Of a DNA stretch of 64,000 nt, positions 10,663 to 20,850 are shown one piece after another. This DNA is from Candidatus Nomurabacteria bacterium (GTDB lineage: Bacteria; Patescibacteriota; Minisyncoccia; Phycocordibacterales; UBA918), in assembly GCA_020631995.1 (NCBI GenBank), contig JACKGJ010000001.1, positions 12,751 to 76,750 on the forward strand. Direction: 5' to 3'. How positions within the stretch are numbered: the stretch's first letter is position 1; each line of letters opens with the position of its first letter. The position numbers and the translations under genes are program-made. The notes below the pieces were generated by a model, which was not told the DNA's origin, ran no database searches, and worked only from the letters and a program-made list of their open reading frames with translations.

Positions 10663-11292
10663 CTACTTTTTCAAATATCCACGCAACATTAAGGGCAATA
10701 TACTTCCAAAAACCATTATCAAACCGCCCATCATCAGCACCCAGCGATAACCAAACCTCTCGGCCGCGAAGCCTCCAACCACCAAAAATAGTCCAATACC
10801 AAAAGAAAAAAGCATTTGATAAACACCTACAGTTTGCCCAAGTCGTCCTTTTTCGATATTACTGTAGAAAAGAATTCTCCACGAAGCGAAGTTTGTAACT
10901 GCGATAATACCTAGGAAGAACATCGCCACATATAGCTGCCAAACTTGTGTGGCAAAACTAAGCAGTATATAAACAAAGCCGGCGGAAATACAGGCAAACG
11001 TGAGACCATATACCTCGTCTATAAAGCCTTTATGTTTATCAAACCATCTACCGATCGGCACCGAAGCAACTGCACCTACTATACGGTGAATCATTAGAGC
11101 AATACCGACGTTCAATACCGTCGCACCTTCTATAGAAGAAACGACGAAAAGTGCTAAGGCTACCGAAATAAAGGCGTCTGCTCCCCACACCGTAACGTCG
11201 TTGGCAGTTAATATCTTAACAATACTAGTGCGTTTATCTATCGCATTTAAGACTGGGTTAGAAATATTTAATTCGCTTTTTTCAACTTCCAT
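10663..11292 (-). CDS. Six-TM membrane protein (MFS-like half transporter)
   Basis: Six hydrophobic helices. Resembles the C-terminal half of an MFS transporter. Confidence 0.35.
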   Translation of the reverse strand: MEVEKSELNISNPVLNAIDKRTSIVKILTANDVTVWGADAFISVALALFVVSSIEGATVLNVGIALMIHRIVGAVASVPIGRWFDKHKGFIDEVYGLTFACISAGFVYILLSFATQVWQLYVAMFFLGIIAVTNFASWRILFYSNIEKGRLGQTVGVYQMLFSFGIGLFLVVGGFAAERFGYRWVLMMGGLIMVFGSILPLMLRGYLKK

Positions 11293-11307
11293 TTTAAATA
11301 GTTTAAT

Positions 11308-11550
11308 TTAGGCTGATTGGGGCAGTAAGATCCAAGCAATAAGGTACATAAGTAGACCAGGCATCAATCCAGTAATCAGTAGAAAGAAAACAAAACCCAG
11401 TCTCCAGACTGTCGGGTCTTGATTGAAGTATTCAGCAAAACCAGCACAAACACCAGCGATGAGTACATTAGTGCTACTTCTCTTTAATTTTTTAGTAGAC
11501 ATATTTGTATTATAACTATAATTCGTAGATAACATCCTTCCTTTCCACAA
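11308..11550 (-). CDS. PspC-domain protein
   Basis: LKRSSTNVLIAGVCAGFAEYFNQDPTVWRLGFV..., the PspC N-terminal domain signature. Confidence 0.65.
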   Translation of the reverse strand: MWKGRMLSTNYSYNTNMSTKKLKRSSTNVLIAGVCAGFAEYFNQDPTVWRLGFVFFLLITGLMPGLLMYLIAWILLPQSA

Positions 11551-12202
11551 CTACTGGCCAGTCTAATCTCTTCGCATAATCAAACAATGTCTGATTTGGA
11601 TTAAAACAAATTGGTCGTTCTACACTTTCAAGTAGCGGTATGTCTCCTTCAGTGTCACCTACTCCAACCGACCGTTTACTAGTCAAAGATTTATCCTCCA
11701 GTACTCTAGCTATGATGTTTGCCTTATTAGAAATAAGATGTTCATCAGTAACCTCTCCAGTGAAACGGTCCTGAGGTCCGAGTTCATAGATGCGACCGTA
11801 AACTTTATCGAATCCATACTGACGACAGAAGTCATCAAGAATTGTTTTAGGGGATTGGGAGATAGCTACCAAAAAATATCCTTCTGCTTTCAAGTCTTGA
11901 ATCAAGTCTCGAGTATAGCGATATACCCGCTTATTTCTTTCTGCCACTACTTCCCGACCAATGTCAGCCAAGTCACCATAAAAGACTCCTTTTAAATTTT
12001 GACGAAATACTTTAACCACTGCGTTTATGTAGCTTTCGTATTCTCCTTCTCTGTCTTGCCAACTGCGCTTCAGTTCAGCAAACTCCTCTCCAGTCTCTTT
12101 TGGAAATACACCAGCATCCAACAACCTATCTACCAACTCTATTAAAAGACTGGACCTGAATAGGGTTCCATCGATATCAAAAAAAGCCACTGGTTTCTGC
12201 AT
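11516..12202 (-). CDS. HAD-superfamily hydrolase
   Basis: FDIDGTL motif I at the N-terminus and a later GDTEGD motif. Confidence 0.7.
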   Translation of the reverse strand: MQKPVAFFDIDGTLFRSSLLIELVDRLLDAGVFPKETGEEFAELKRSWQDREGEYESYINAVVKVFRQNLKGVFYGDLADIGREVVAERNKRVYRYTRDLIQDLKAEGYFLVAISQSPKTILDDFCRQYGFDKVYGRIYELGPQDRFTGEVTDEHLISNKANIIARVLEDKSLTSKRSVGVGDTEGDIPLLESVERPICFNPNQTLFDYAKRLDWPVVVERKDVIYEL

Positions 12203-12272
12203 AGCTATATTCTAGCAGAAACTCACGTGGCCTGTGGGGGAGTCATTGCGACACCCCCAGAGAACTCCCCGT

Positions 12273-12656
12273 TTAGTAGCACAAACCGTCGTATCTCGAT
12301 ACTCTCACGCGAACACGATTCAGTAGTGCACCGACCACAGAATAGTGGGTGTCGCCCCGCCCTGATGATCTGGACGGGGCGGAAGAACGGCTCTGCTTCA
12401 GACGACTGGCTTGAGTATGCACTCCTTCGTAAGGAGTAAACACACCCATTTCAATCGTTATTTGCCCCTCAGTCCGAGCCTTCCACTTTTCGAACTCATT
12501 GTCAGTAAGAGTCCTGATGGAAATGGCCTGGCCTGAATGATTGAGCACACGCCCTTGCGGACGACCATCGGCAGCGGAATATCCACTAAACTCCACCACC
12601 TTGGTAATTTTGTTCCAGTCCTCTTTGGACCGGTAAAGAAACCGAATCGGCGACAT
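12273..12656 (-). CDS. Hypothetical protein
   Basis: 127-aa ORF. The first ~90 aa look protein-like, but the C-terminal 35 aa are odd and overlap a GC-rich hairpin. Confidence 0.3.
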   Translation of the reverse strand: MSPIRFLYRSKEDWNKITKVVEFSGYSAADGRPQGRVLNHSGQAISIRTLTDNEFEKWKARTEGQITIEMGVFTPYEGVHTQASRLKQSRSSAPSRSSGRGDTHYSVVGALLNRVRVRVSRYDGLCY

Positions 12657-12733
12657 TGTTCACTCCTTCTTGTTAAGATACTAGCCTGAATGTTCAGGCC
12701 CGTGACGAACGATAACTTTAACTATGGGTAATG

Positions 12734-13861
12734 TCAAGTCAATGACCGAAATGCCACGTAGAGTTTCTGAAGCAAACTTCCCAAGACCAATACAAAGCTG
12801 AGGAATATAAGTAGACCACCAATAACCGGTATGTACGACAGGAAGATTAGCGTAAATACTCCAACCAGAACGGACAAAAGATCAATTCTCCTTCCTTTCA
12901 TCAAGTAAGACATAATATAGCCGCCAAGCAGAATCGGTAGAATAATCCAAGATACTAGGAATAATAGGAGAGTTGAAAGCAGTGTCAATATGCCGAGCCA
13001 TGCTCCGAGCACGGTAGCAAGAAGAATAAAACTAAGTAGTGGAGCAATGAAAAATGTGGCTAACCCTATCAAGCCCACCCGTGCAGTATCGCGCTTTATT
13101 TCATCTAACAACTCTCCGAAACGAGTACGGAAGATTAAGAACACACACAGTGTGGTAAATATCCACGATAGAACAAATATCAAAGAAGCGTTTCCACGAT
13201 TATCCTCCTCCGCCACTGTACCGCGCAAGATGTCGCCTTCCACGACCGCACCAGCCGCACGCTCAAGCTCACGTACGCTTGCGTAACTTAAATCACCCCG
13301 CACATTAGCTCTGTCACCCAAAGTGATATTTACAGCAGAAACATCAACAGCACCTACCTCTCCTGAAATAGTAATTGATTCCGCACGACCCATTACTGAG
13401 CCCTTAACAACGCCTTCAATTTCTGCTTCACCGCCGTAAAAATAAATTCCACCATTAATAGTGGCTGAAGACAGCACCTTTAGAAGTCCACCAATGACGA
13501 ACACATCGCCTTTCACTTCACCAGATATCACTACCTCACCTCCCATAACTCGCACATCATCCCCGATAGGAGCATTTACCTGCACTGTGCCACCAAGGGC
13601 AGTTAAGTCAGCGCCAATCGGTCCATTGATGGTCACGGAGCCGGCAACAACATACATATCCTCTCTAACTTCTCCGGAGTGAGTAACACTGCCAGCCGAA
13701 GCATAAAAATCATTCTCAACAATCTGACTTACCCCAATAGATACTGAATTACCAGTACGCACCACAGTTTCGGCAGATACTATAGAAGGTATTAGTATCA
13801 AAGTTAGCATTGCGACAAAAGCAATTTGTGGACTTCTGATTCTCTCGAAATAATTTTTCAT
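12734..13861 (-). CDS. Beta-helical repeat (DUF4097/bactofilin-like) membrane protein
   Basis: Signal peptide. Repeated G-x-V/I beta-solenoid-like units (GSVTINGPIGADL..., GEVKGDVFVIGG...). C-terminal block of 4-5 TM helices. Confidence 0.45.
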   Translation of the reverse strand: MKNYFERIRSPQIAFVAMLTLILIPSIVSAETVVRTGNSVSIGVSQIVENDFYASAGSVTHSGEVREDMYVVAGSVTINGPIGADLTALGGTVQVNAPIGDDVRVMGGEVVISGEVKGDVFVIGGLLKVLSSATINGGIYFYGGEAEIEGVVKGSVMGRAESITISGEVGAVDVSAVNITLGDRANVRGDLSYASVRELERAAGAVVEGDILRGTVAEEDNRGNASLIFVLSWIFTTLCVFLIFRTRFGELLDEIKRDTARVGLIGLATFFIAPLLSFILLATVLGAWLGILTLLSTLLLFLVSWIILPILLGGYIMSYLMKGRRIDLLSVLVGVFTLIFLSYIPVIGGLLIFLSFVLVLGSLLQKLYVAFRSLT

Positions 13862-14010
13862 TTTGTTGATTTGATTTTAACTGACTTCTTTGAAAACTGG
13901 ATGCAATTGTGCTGGTTGGAGTGATTTTGATGACAGAGCCTTATATAGACATAAAGGTGACAGAATCAAAATTACGTAACCAGTGCAAGTGTGTCAGTTT
14001 TCAAAGAAGT

Positions 14011-15006
14011 CTAAAATAGTTCTTTGCCAAGATCCCATATTTCATTATGCCCTTTTAGCTTCAACCAATACCACCATTCTGCTCCCCAGAGATACTGTCT
14101 CTCATAACGCGTGTCTCTCGCATAATCAAGAATTTCTCTGATTTTGTCAATATCCATTCTTGAATACTGGGTCTCCACATCAACATCTACAACTGGTTCA
14201 AGTAGCCATGGTTCGGCCGATAATTCAATCAAGTAGGTGGGTTTGTCTCCGTAAAATAGCGCAATCACATTTTCTTTAAAGCGGTAAAACCACGGTGGTA
14301 TAGCAGTACGAAATTGCCCAAGCTCAGGATTCCAAAAATAAACATAGACGCTAGTACCGAAAGCGTCGCCGTATTTATAAGCCTTAGCCCACAATCCTAG
14401 GTTGCCACTGTCAGTTACCAATATCGGGCGAGTTGGGTCAAGTTCACGCACGATATTTATTTCCTCAATCAAAAATTCTTCGTCTAGTTCATTGCAATGC
14501 TCCTTAGCAAAGACTTCCAAATATGGTTCGTTTTCTACCTGCCAATATATGATAGAAGAACTACCCTTATAACGTTCTATTACAACCTTAAGATATTCAC
14601 GTATCTCTGCCTTTTGCTCTTCCCAATTTAATTGAGTCCCCCACTCTGGCACATGGCACTCTGGCCAGCGTGGTAGCCGGCGACCGACTGCGAAGACCAC
14701 GTCAGCACCCACCTCTTCGGCCCTAGCAATTTGGTAATCAAGCTCGGTAAAATTATAAACACCAGGTTCTGGTTCTACCATTGGCCAATGTGCTGCCAAA
14801 CGTAAATGTCTGACACCTAAGTCATCAATAATCGCGTCGTATACTTCTTTCCAATCCAAATTTAATTCATCGGCATATAAAGTATTAAACGACATTCCAT
14901 AAACTATCTGCTCTGGGACTGGCTTTCTAGCTAAAAGAAAGACGCCAGCACTAATTACAGCAACCGTTAGCAATATATATAATGTCAATTTATGCCATTT
15001 TTTCAT
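14011..15006 (-). CDS. Glycoside hydrolase, clan GH-A (GH5/GH113-like)
   Basis: Signal anchor. Catalytic-acid-like WQVENEP motif in TIM-barrel-like sequence. Confidence 0.45.
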   Translation of the reverse strand: MKKWHKLTLYILLTVAVISAGVFLLARKPVPEQIVYGMSFNTLYADELNLDWKEVYDAIIDDLGVRHLRLAAHWPMVEPEPGVYNFTELDYQIARAEEVGADVVFAVGRRLPRWPECHVPEWGTQLNWEEQKAEIREYLKVVIERYKGSSSIIYWQVENEPYLEVFAKEHCNELDEEFLIEEINIVRELDPTRPILVTDSGNLGLWAKAYKYGDAFGTSVYVYFWNPELGQFRTAIPPWFYRFKENVIALFYGDKPTYLIELSAEPWLLEPVVDVDVETQYSRMDIDKIREILDYARDTRYERQYLWGAEWWYWLKLKGHNEIWDLGKELF

Positions 15007-15023
15007 TAAAGAAATGATTGAGA

Positions 15024-15956
15024 TTATTTGAATAGCAATACAAAACCGATACAGATGATAATGACGTACAAGAACTTTCGCACAATCGTACGAAAACTCT
15101 TATCTTTTTCTTGAGCAGCTTCTGGCAAGAAGCGACTAAGCGCTAGTCCAATAACTAAGATAAAGACAAACTTTAGACCATCGAGTGCTTGCACTACAGC
15201 CACATCACCCCAATCGGTGGCCTTCAAAATCATAAACGAAGCAATACCAGCGAGAATCTTGTTACCAAAGACCATTACTCCGGTTTTGCGTGTAGTGACC
15301 TTTCCTTGATCTCTGATTAACTCTAAATAATTTGGTACCAAGAGCCAAGACATGGCGAAGAGTACCAATGCAATACGAGACCAGAAGAAACCATCATCAA
15401 AGTTTGTTGCTACAAACAAACCCTTCATTGCGATGTAGTGAAGGGCAAAAAAGAGACCGCTGTGTACTGCAGCGAGAGCTATGTTACTAGTGAACCGCAA
15501 ATGAGAGACCAAGAAAGTACCAGTAGCCAAAAGCAAAATACCCCAGATAAAATCTGGTGAACTATATCCCCCCAGGAAAAACATCGAAAGACCAAAAGTA
15601 CCAATCGCTGAAACCGCACCAACCACCGGCATCACATCTGAAGTGTCGGCTCGCTTCAATGTGCCGTAAAGTGACACCAGTGCCATAAAGAAGGTATAAG
15701 CAGAGAAGAATGAAAGTGCGACGACATCCAAGGTCGGAGTTCTTACATTCGCAAACTGCGGAACTCCATAATCAGCTAAGCCAGGAATGAACCCAAAGAA
15801 ATAAATCACCAACCAGAATGCAGTGACCAGACAAGTATAAAAAGCATATACGAATGGCTTTGGCATACGCTTTTCGTCGGTAACCAAATATTTGTCTCCA
15901 ATCGCGACAAAGGCGTTAATGAGTTGTGCTCCCGCTGCTAGTAGTACCCAAGACAT
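15024..15956 (-). CDS. EamA/DMT-family transporter
   Basis: About 10 TM helices in two halves, 310 aa. Confidence 0.5.
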   Translation of the reverse strand: MSWVLLAAGAQLINAFVAIGDKYLVTDEKRMPKPFVYAFYTCLVTAFWLVIYFFGFIPGLADYGVPQFANVRTPTLDVVALSFFSAYTFFMALVSLYGTLKRADTSDVMPVVGAVSAIGTFGLSMFFLGGYSSPDFIWGILLLATGTFLVSHLRFTSNIALAAVHSGLFFALHYIAMKGLFVATNFDDGFFWSRIALVLFAMSWLLVPNYLELIRDQGKVTTRKTGVMVFGNKILAGIASFMILKATDWGDVAVVQALDGLKFVFILVIGLALSRFLPEAAQEKDKSFRTIVRKFLYVIIICIGFVLLFK

Positions 15957-15961
15957 AAGTT

Positions 15962-17197
15962 CTATTGTATCAGCCCGTTAGCTTCAATTATTTGTTTATA
16001 CACGTAGGCAGAAGGTCGAATCTTTCGCTCTAGAGTAGTGTAATCTACCTCAATTAGACCAAATCGCTTTTCAAACCCCAAAGCCCACTCATAATTATCA
16101 AGGAGTGACCAGTAAATGTGACTTCGTATATCCACACCATCGTGCATTGCCCGCAATGCGCCTTCTACTTGACCAGTGATATATTCGGCTCTATTTGCAT
16201 CAGTAGCATCAGCTAAGCCAGCCTCAGAAATGTATATTGGCTTATCGTAGCGTTTCAGCATCATTAAGGCATCATAAATATGCTCCGGAGCAAAATTCCA
16301 GTCCATATCAGTCTTACGCCATTTTCTCTTATCTCCGAATTGAGTATAGAAATAGTAGTTAAGGCCAATTGAATCGTAATGACCCTTCGTACGTTTCATA
16401 AACTTATGAGTCCACATCGCATTAGCCACATAGGCTTTGAGCTTATTAAAAGGATTCCAATTCGAATCAAAAACTATGACGTGGTGTACAAAATTTATGT
16501 TACTTGAAGGTTTTATCTTTTTGATGCTTGTATAAGCAGCATTGTTTGCACGAGCCAAATTTTTCATCACTCGCGACCAAGTGAATAAGGGTTTAATACC
16601 TCTATTAGCTTTTGACTCAAATGTTCGACCAGAGTTTGTAATAGAAACCATATCGGTCAGAGCAAATCGCTTGAAAGGAGGCCAACTACCACGTAGCCAG
16701 CCATTACTTCCATAGACACTTGGTTCGTTAATGGTCGAGAAGTTATTACACAAGTCACCTAGCTTTTCTACAACATAAGCACAGTAACGTGCGAATATTT
16801 CCGGAGAGTCTTTTCTTTCAAATCCTCCTTTCTCTGAAAACCAAAGCGGTAAAGTGAAGTGCCAAAGTGTAATGAAAGGTTCAATGTTACGTGCTCGCAA
16901 GGCTTGGAGTACGGCTCGGTAGTGCTCGATGGCGGACTCATCAAACTTCCCATCCTCTGGTTCAATCCTAGCCCATTCCACAGAAAAACGGTGTGCATTG
17001 TGTCCTAGATCTTCAGCTAAATCAAAATCTGCTTCATAACGATTATAGTGGTCACAAGCTAGGCCACACACCGGTACCCTACCATCTCTAGCAGCCTTGG
17101 CCCAGTCAGTATTTTCAATCCCACCTTCTACTTGGTATGAGGCAGTTGCGGCTCCCCAATAAAAATTTTCTGGAAATGATTTCATATATTTAAACAT
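15962..17197 (-). CDS. Glycoside hydrolase family 1 beta-glucosidase
   Basis: N-terminal FPENFYWGAATASYQVEG, a GH1 signature. TINEP acid/base region and ISEAGLA nucleophile region. Confidence 0.85.
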   Translation of the reverse strand: MFKYMKSFPENFYWGAATASYQVEGGIENTDWAKAARDGRVPVCGLACDHYNRYEADFDLAEDLGHNAHRFSVEWARIEPEDGKFDESAIEHYRAVLQALRARNIEPFITLWHFTLPLWFSEKGGFERKDSPEIFARYCAYVVEKLGDLCNNFSTINEPSVYGSNGWLRGSWPPFKRFALTDMVSITNSGRTFESKANRGIKPLFTWSRVMKNLARANNAAYTSIKKIKPSSNINFVHHVIVFDSNWNPFNKLKAYVANAMWTHKFMKRTKGHYDSIGLNYYFYTQFGDKRKWRKTDMDWNFAPEHIYDALMMLKRYDKPIYISEAGLADATDANRAEYITGQVEGALRAMHDGVDIRSHIYWSLLDNYEWALGFEKRFGLIEVDYTTLERKIRPSAYVYKQIIEANGLIQ

Positions 17198-17349
17198 TCA
17201 ATAGCTGCATCTTACAGATGCTGTACACCTTGTCGGTATTTATGTTCGCAAGCTCCAAAAATACCAGACAAGGTCTTGCGACAGTCCCCCGGACTATCTC
17301 ACCCCAATAAAATCCGTCCGGAAATCTTAAGTTTTTATCCATAGTCCAA

Positions 17350-17982
17350 TTATATCAAATTTATGAATAACAAAATTATGGCTAAGATAAACAACGAATA
17401 CTCTATGGCACTAATCCAATTAAAATGACAGTAGACCAGATCTATCCAATCATCAACTCCCCATTTTCGTATATAATCTGGCAACTCCACTTCTTTCCAA
17501 GCGACGACTAAACGCAACTTTCTCTCATCAGAGGGAAGGTTGTCCCAAACACCAGTCTCCACGAGCTGTCTCTTTGCCCAATTTACCCTTCTACCTAGAA
17601 CCTTATATCGTGTCTTTGATAATGGCCAGAGTAACTGTATTCCCCAACCAGTACCATACAGATCATTAATGAAGTGAAGTGCGGTCGCAAAAAGAAATAG
17701 TAATCCAAAAAACGGAAAAAGATAGGTTAATAATAATCCTGTTACTAAAAACAATATCGGAAAATGCAATCCGTCACGGTGATCATATGTGTGTTCGGCA
17801 CTACTTCCTACACGACCACGCTTCAAAAGTTCTGGTAGCGCATCCAGGTCAGGACACATTGCGAGAGGGATACCAATTAAAAAATACCACCACAGTATTT
17901 CTGTGCCCGAAAAATAGCCGGCAAGCAAGACCGCGAATATGCCATTCGCGATATCGGCCAGAAGTGAAAGTGCTTGCTTCAT
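17350..17982 (-). CDS. DUF457 membrane-bound metal-dependent hydrolase-like protein
   Basis: Polytopic membrane protein with Asp/His-rich loops (PDLDALPE..., HTYDHRDGLHF). Confidence 0.45.
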   Translation of the reverse strand: MKQALSLLADIANGIFAVLLAGYFSGTEILWWYFLIGIPLAMCPDLDALPELLKRGRVGSSAEHTYDHRDGLHFPILFLVTGLLLTYLFPFFGLLFLFATALHFINDLYGTGWGIQLLWPLSKTRYKVLGRRVNWAKRQLVETGVWDNLPSDERKLRLVVAWKEVELPDYIRKWGVDDWIDLVYCHFNWISAIEYSLFILAIILLFINLI

Positions 17983-17989
17983 TAAAAAA

Positions 17990-18562
17990 TTAGATGCTAG
18001 GTGGTATGTTTGTGAAGCAGTTTACCTGTACATCTTGTGCGGGCTGTATGTGGAGATGATAGCCAGTACCATCATTAACTCCTCCACAAGGGTCTAGCTG
18101 TACATTATCAGAACGAGCGCCAAAAATTGGTGTACCATTTTGCGCCACCCCAACTTGATCAAATTGCGAATATCCAATAAATCGCCACAACTCACCACTC
18201 ATCAAAGGCAGACCATCTTGAGTAAAACCAATTTGGACTGAGGTAGGTGGAGTCTGATCAGTGACGGTAGAATCAGGGTCATTAAGTACAATATCATCAA
18301 CCGAAGTGAAGACAGGCTCACCTATAGACACATCACCGTCACCAGCTGTAATCTTAGAACGTAGTCTCTCCACATTGTCTGCACGAGGCTTGCTGTGTTT
18401 ATAACTCTCTGCACCGTTGACGGCAGGGTCTGGAGCAAAACTAATGACATTTGCCATTTGTCCTTGACCACTAAAAGAATCTGTCACTAAAGTACCAGTT
18501 ATAGCGGTGAGTAAAAATACTAAAGCACCAGAGAACACTAAAAAATCACGTGTGCGAATCAT
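17990..18562 (-). CDS. Secreted protein with M23-like G-TG-x-HLH motif (tentative)
   Basis: Signal anchor. C-terminal NDGTGYHLHIQ resembles the LytM/M23 GxxGxxHLHFE zinc motif. Confidence 0.3.
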   Translation of the reverse strand: MIRTRDFLVFSGALVFLLTAITGTLVTDSFSGQGQMANVISFAPDPAVNGAESYKHSKPRADNVERLRSKITAGDGDVSIGEPVFTSVDDIVLNDPDSTVTDQTPPTSVQIGFTQDGLPLMSGELWRFIGYSQFDQVGVAQNGTPIFGARSDNVQLDPCGGVNDGTGYHLHIQPAQDVQVNCFTNIPPSI

Positions 18563-18597
18563 ATTGCGAGCATTGTATCACGTAACAGTAAAATATT

Positions 18598-19458
18598 TTA
18601 TTGTGTTTGCGATACTGACTCATAATAATCTACGATGACTTTAGCAAAAGATTTGCCTGTAATATCCTCAACATGTAGGAAACCAGGGTCCATATTTATT
18701 TCTAGTACGTAAAACTTTCCGTCTACTTTAGAACGAATAATATCAACGGCACAGTAGTCAAACCCCATCGCTCGAGCAGCCTTAACAGCTAGAGTGTTTA
18801 CCTCACCTTCTTCTTCTGCATCAGTAATTGCTTTTGCAGATCCGCCTTGTGAGATATTTGATCTAAAGTCATCAGGAGGATTCATCCTGCGATATGCACA
18901 AAAAGGTGTCTCCATCCCAACCACGTGTACCCTATAGTCTCCATCACTCTCTATGTATTCCTGAAACAACCACTCACCATTATCGACTACTTTATCTAAA
19001 TCAACTTGATTATTTATTAACCATACTTCTTTACCTTTGGCACCGTATGGTTTTTTAGCGATAAATGTGTCGCCAAATATTTTTCTTAGTTCAATGTAAT
19101 TAGGCCGATCAGATCTAACAGTTTTTGGTGTTGATACATCTTCTGCCCCAAACCTTAATGCCTGGGAAAGTTTACTACCAGGTTCATATGCTATTTTTGT
19201 TCTATTGTTCACACAAAAAACGTGACTGTTGTTCAACAACTCATGTAATCTCTCAAGTACAACATCACCAAGTCCTGCCGCACAATGAAAAATGTCATAT
19301 TCTTTAACATTATCCGCCAATGCATTCATACTAGTCTGATCCACCCCTACAGTATGAACATCGACATAATCAATTTGATGTCCTCTTTTCTCTGCTTCTT
19401 TTTTAACTAAAACCCTACCAATTGACTCTGGGACTCGAGTAAACAGTAAAATTTTCAT
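18598..19458 (-). CDS. RimK-like ATP-grasp ligase
   Basis: 286 aa. ATP-grasp layout (KPYGAKGKEVWLINN..., EYIESDGDYRVHVVG..., VLEINMDPGF). Confidence 0.7.
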   Translation of the reverse strand: MKILLFTRVPESIGRVLVKKEAEKRGHQIDYVDVHTVGVDQTSMNALADNVKEYDIFHCAAGLGDVVLERLHELLNNSHVFCVNNRTKIAYEPGSKLSQALRFGAEDVSTPKTVRSDRPNYIELRKIFGDTFIAKKPYGAKGKEVWLINNQVDLDKVVDNGEWLFQEYIESDGDYRVHVVGMETPFCAYRRMNPPDDFRSNISQGGSAKAITDAEEEGEVNTLAVKAARAMGFDYCAVDIIRSKVDGKFYVLEINMDPGFLHVEDITGKSFAKVIVDYYESVSQTQ

Positions 19459-19469
19459 AAATTTTAACT

Positions 19470-20768
19470 TTACACCTTAATAACTTTTACCTTTACTGTT
19501 GCTTCAACTCGGCGGATGTCAGCCAAAAGCTCTGAACGTAAATCATTAACTAGGTATAGTACAAAGACAGCTCCGCCACCGTTTTTCGCAAAAATACTTT
19601 TATCACCCCTCTTCTTTCGCATCTCAATCTTATGAAACGAGGCAAGTTTTTCTATCTTTTTCACTCCTAAAATACTTACAATCTCACCTTCCTCCTTGGC
19701 ATAGTATTTCATTGCAGCTGCAAATCTTCGACATCTGCGGGGTACAACAGGTTGTTTACCCATTCTTACCAACACATCATTCATTCCGTGGTTAATTCCA
19801 CAAGACAGTCTATGAAGTTGTGATCTAAAACCTCCAATACGAGCACCGATTTCAATTATCTTCCAGTCATTATCAACTCTCATTAATTCAACATGTACGG
19901 TTGTATTGCGCAGACCCAGTGCGTGTACTCCGTCTTTAGCCACATTCTCAGCTCTTTTGACTGATTCTGATGAGAGGGCGGTTGGTGTTGATTGCAAGTA
20001 TCCGAAAAAGTCATCACGACCAATATCGTGACCAGTCTTTTGTCTCACTAAAGGGCAGCAAGTAACCTTTCCACGAGCAGAAACATAGGCATCTATAGAA
20101 TATTGTAAACCCTCAAGATACTGCTCAGCAATAATACGAGGACGCTCAGTACGACCATATTCTTCATATGTTTTTTCTATGCTTTTCAGCACATACTTAA
20201 CAGTTTGTCGTAACTCCTCTTTATGATGACAAACATGAATCAAGAGACTTTGAGCCAAATTAGTTGGTTTGACTATCATTGGAAGGCCAACTTGATTGAT
20301 TATTCTATCTAACTCTTCATCTTCGGCATTCTTTACCAAAGTATATTTAGGTGTAATCGCAGAATCATAAACCTTAAAGTGTCTTCGCATCAAACGTTTA
20401 TCACTAGCCCACTGCAGTGATTCTGGAGTTGGAGTATAAAGATATGGGACAAAAGGAATAATTTTAATAAAGTCGTTCAAGTATGATTCAGCTCGGCTGG
20501 TAATAGCACAAAGTTCTTCCTGGTACGGGGCCAAAGCTTCTTGAAGAGCAGAATCGCTACCAAAATCAACAGACAGTACAATATCTACTCCATCAAAACT
20601 AGCGCCAGTCTGCCCTTTTTTTAAGTTACGTGCAGAGTTCTCGATCAACATTATCCGGTACCGCTCTCCAGTCTGCTTCTCATAAGCGCGTATATCAGAA
20701 ATAGCTTCTGACGGTATCTTTGAGACGTAAGCTATTATGTTCTTTTTCTTTTTAGCCATATCGGACAA
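19470..20768 (-). CDS. ATP-grasp domain ligase (L-amino-acid-ligase-like)
   Basis: 432 aa. ATP-grasp core (PMIVKPTNLAQS..., EQYLEGLQYSIDAYV..., HVELMRVDNDWKIIEIGARIGG). Confidence 0.6.
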   Translation of the reverse strand: MSDMAKKKKNIIAYVSKIPSEAISDIRAYEKQTGERYRIMLIENSARNLKKGQTGASFDGVDIVLSVDFGSDSALQEALAPYQEELCAITSRAESYLNDFIKIIPFVPYLYTPTPESLQWASDKRLMRRHFKVYDSAITPKYTLVKNAEDEELDRIINQVGLPMIVKPTNLAQSLLIHVCHHKEELRQTVKYVLKSIEKTYEEYGRTERPRIIAEQYLEGLQYSIDAYVSARGKVTCCPLVRQKTGHDIGRDDFFGYLQSTPTALSSESVKRAENVAKDGVHALGLRNTTVHVELMRVDNDWKIIEIGARIGGFRSQLHRLSCGINHGMNDVLVRMGKQPVVPRRCRRFAAAMKYYAKEEGEIVSILGVKKIEKLASFHKIEMRKKRGDKSIFAKNGGGAVFVLYLVNDLRSELLADIRRVEATVKVKVIKV

Positions 20769-20850
20769 TAATTAAACAAGGCAAAATACTACCATAAACG
20801 AGCATTTTGCTTTAATTACGACACACTTTTCTAAATATAGAAATTATTAA

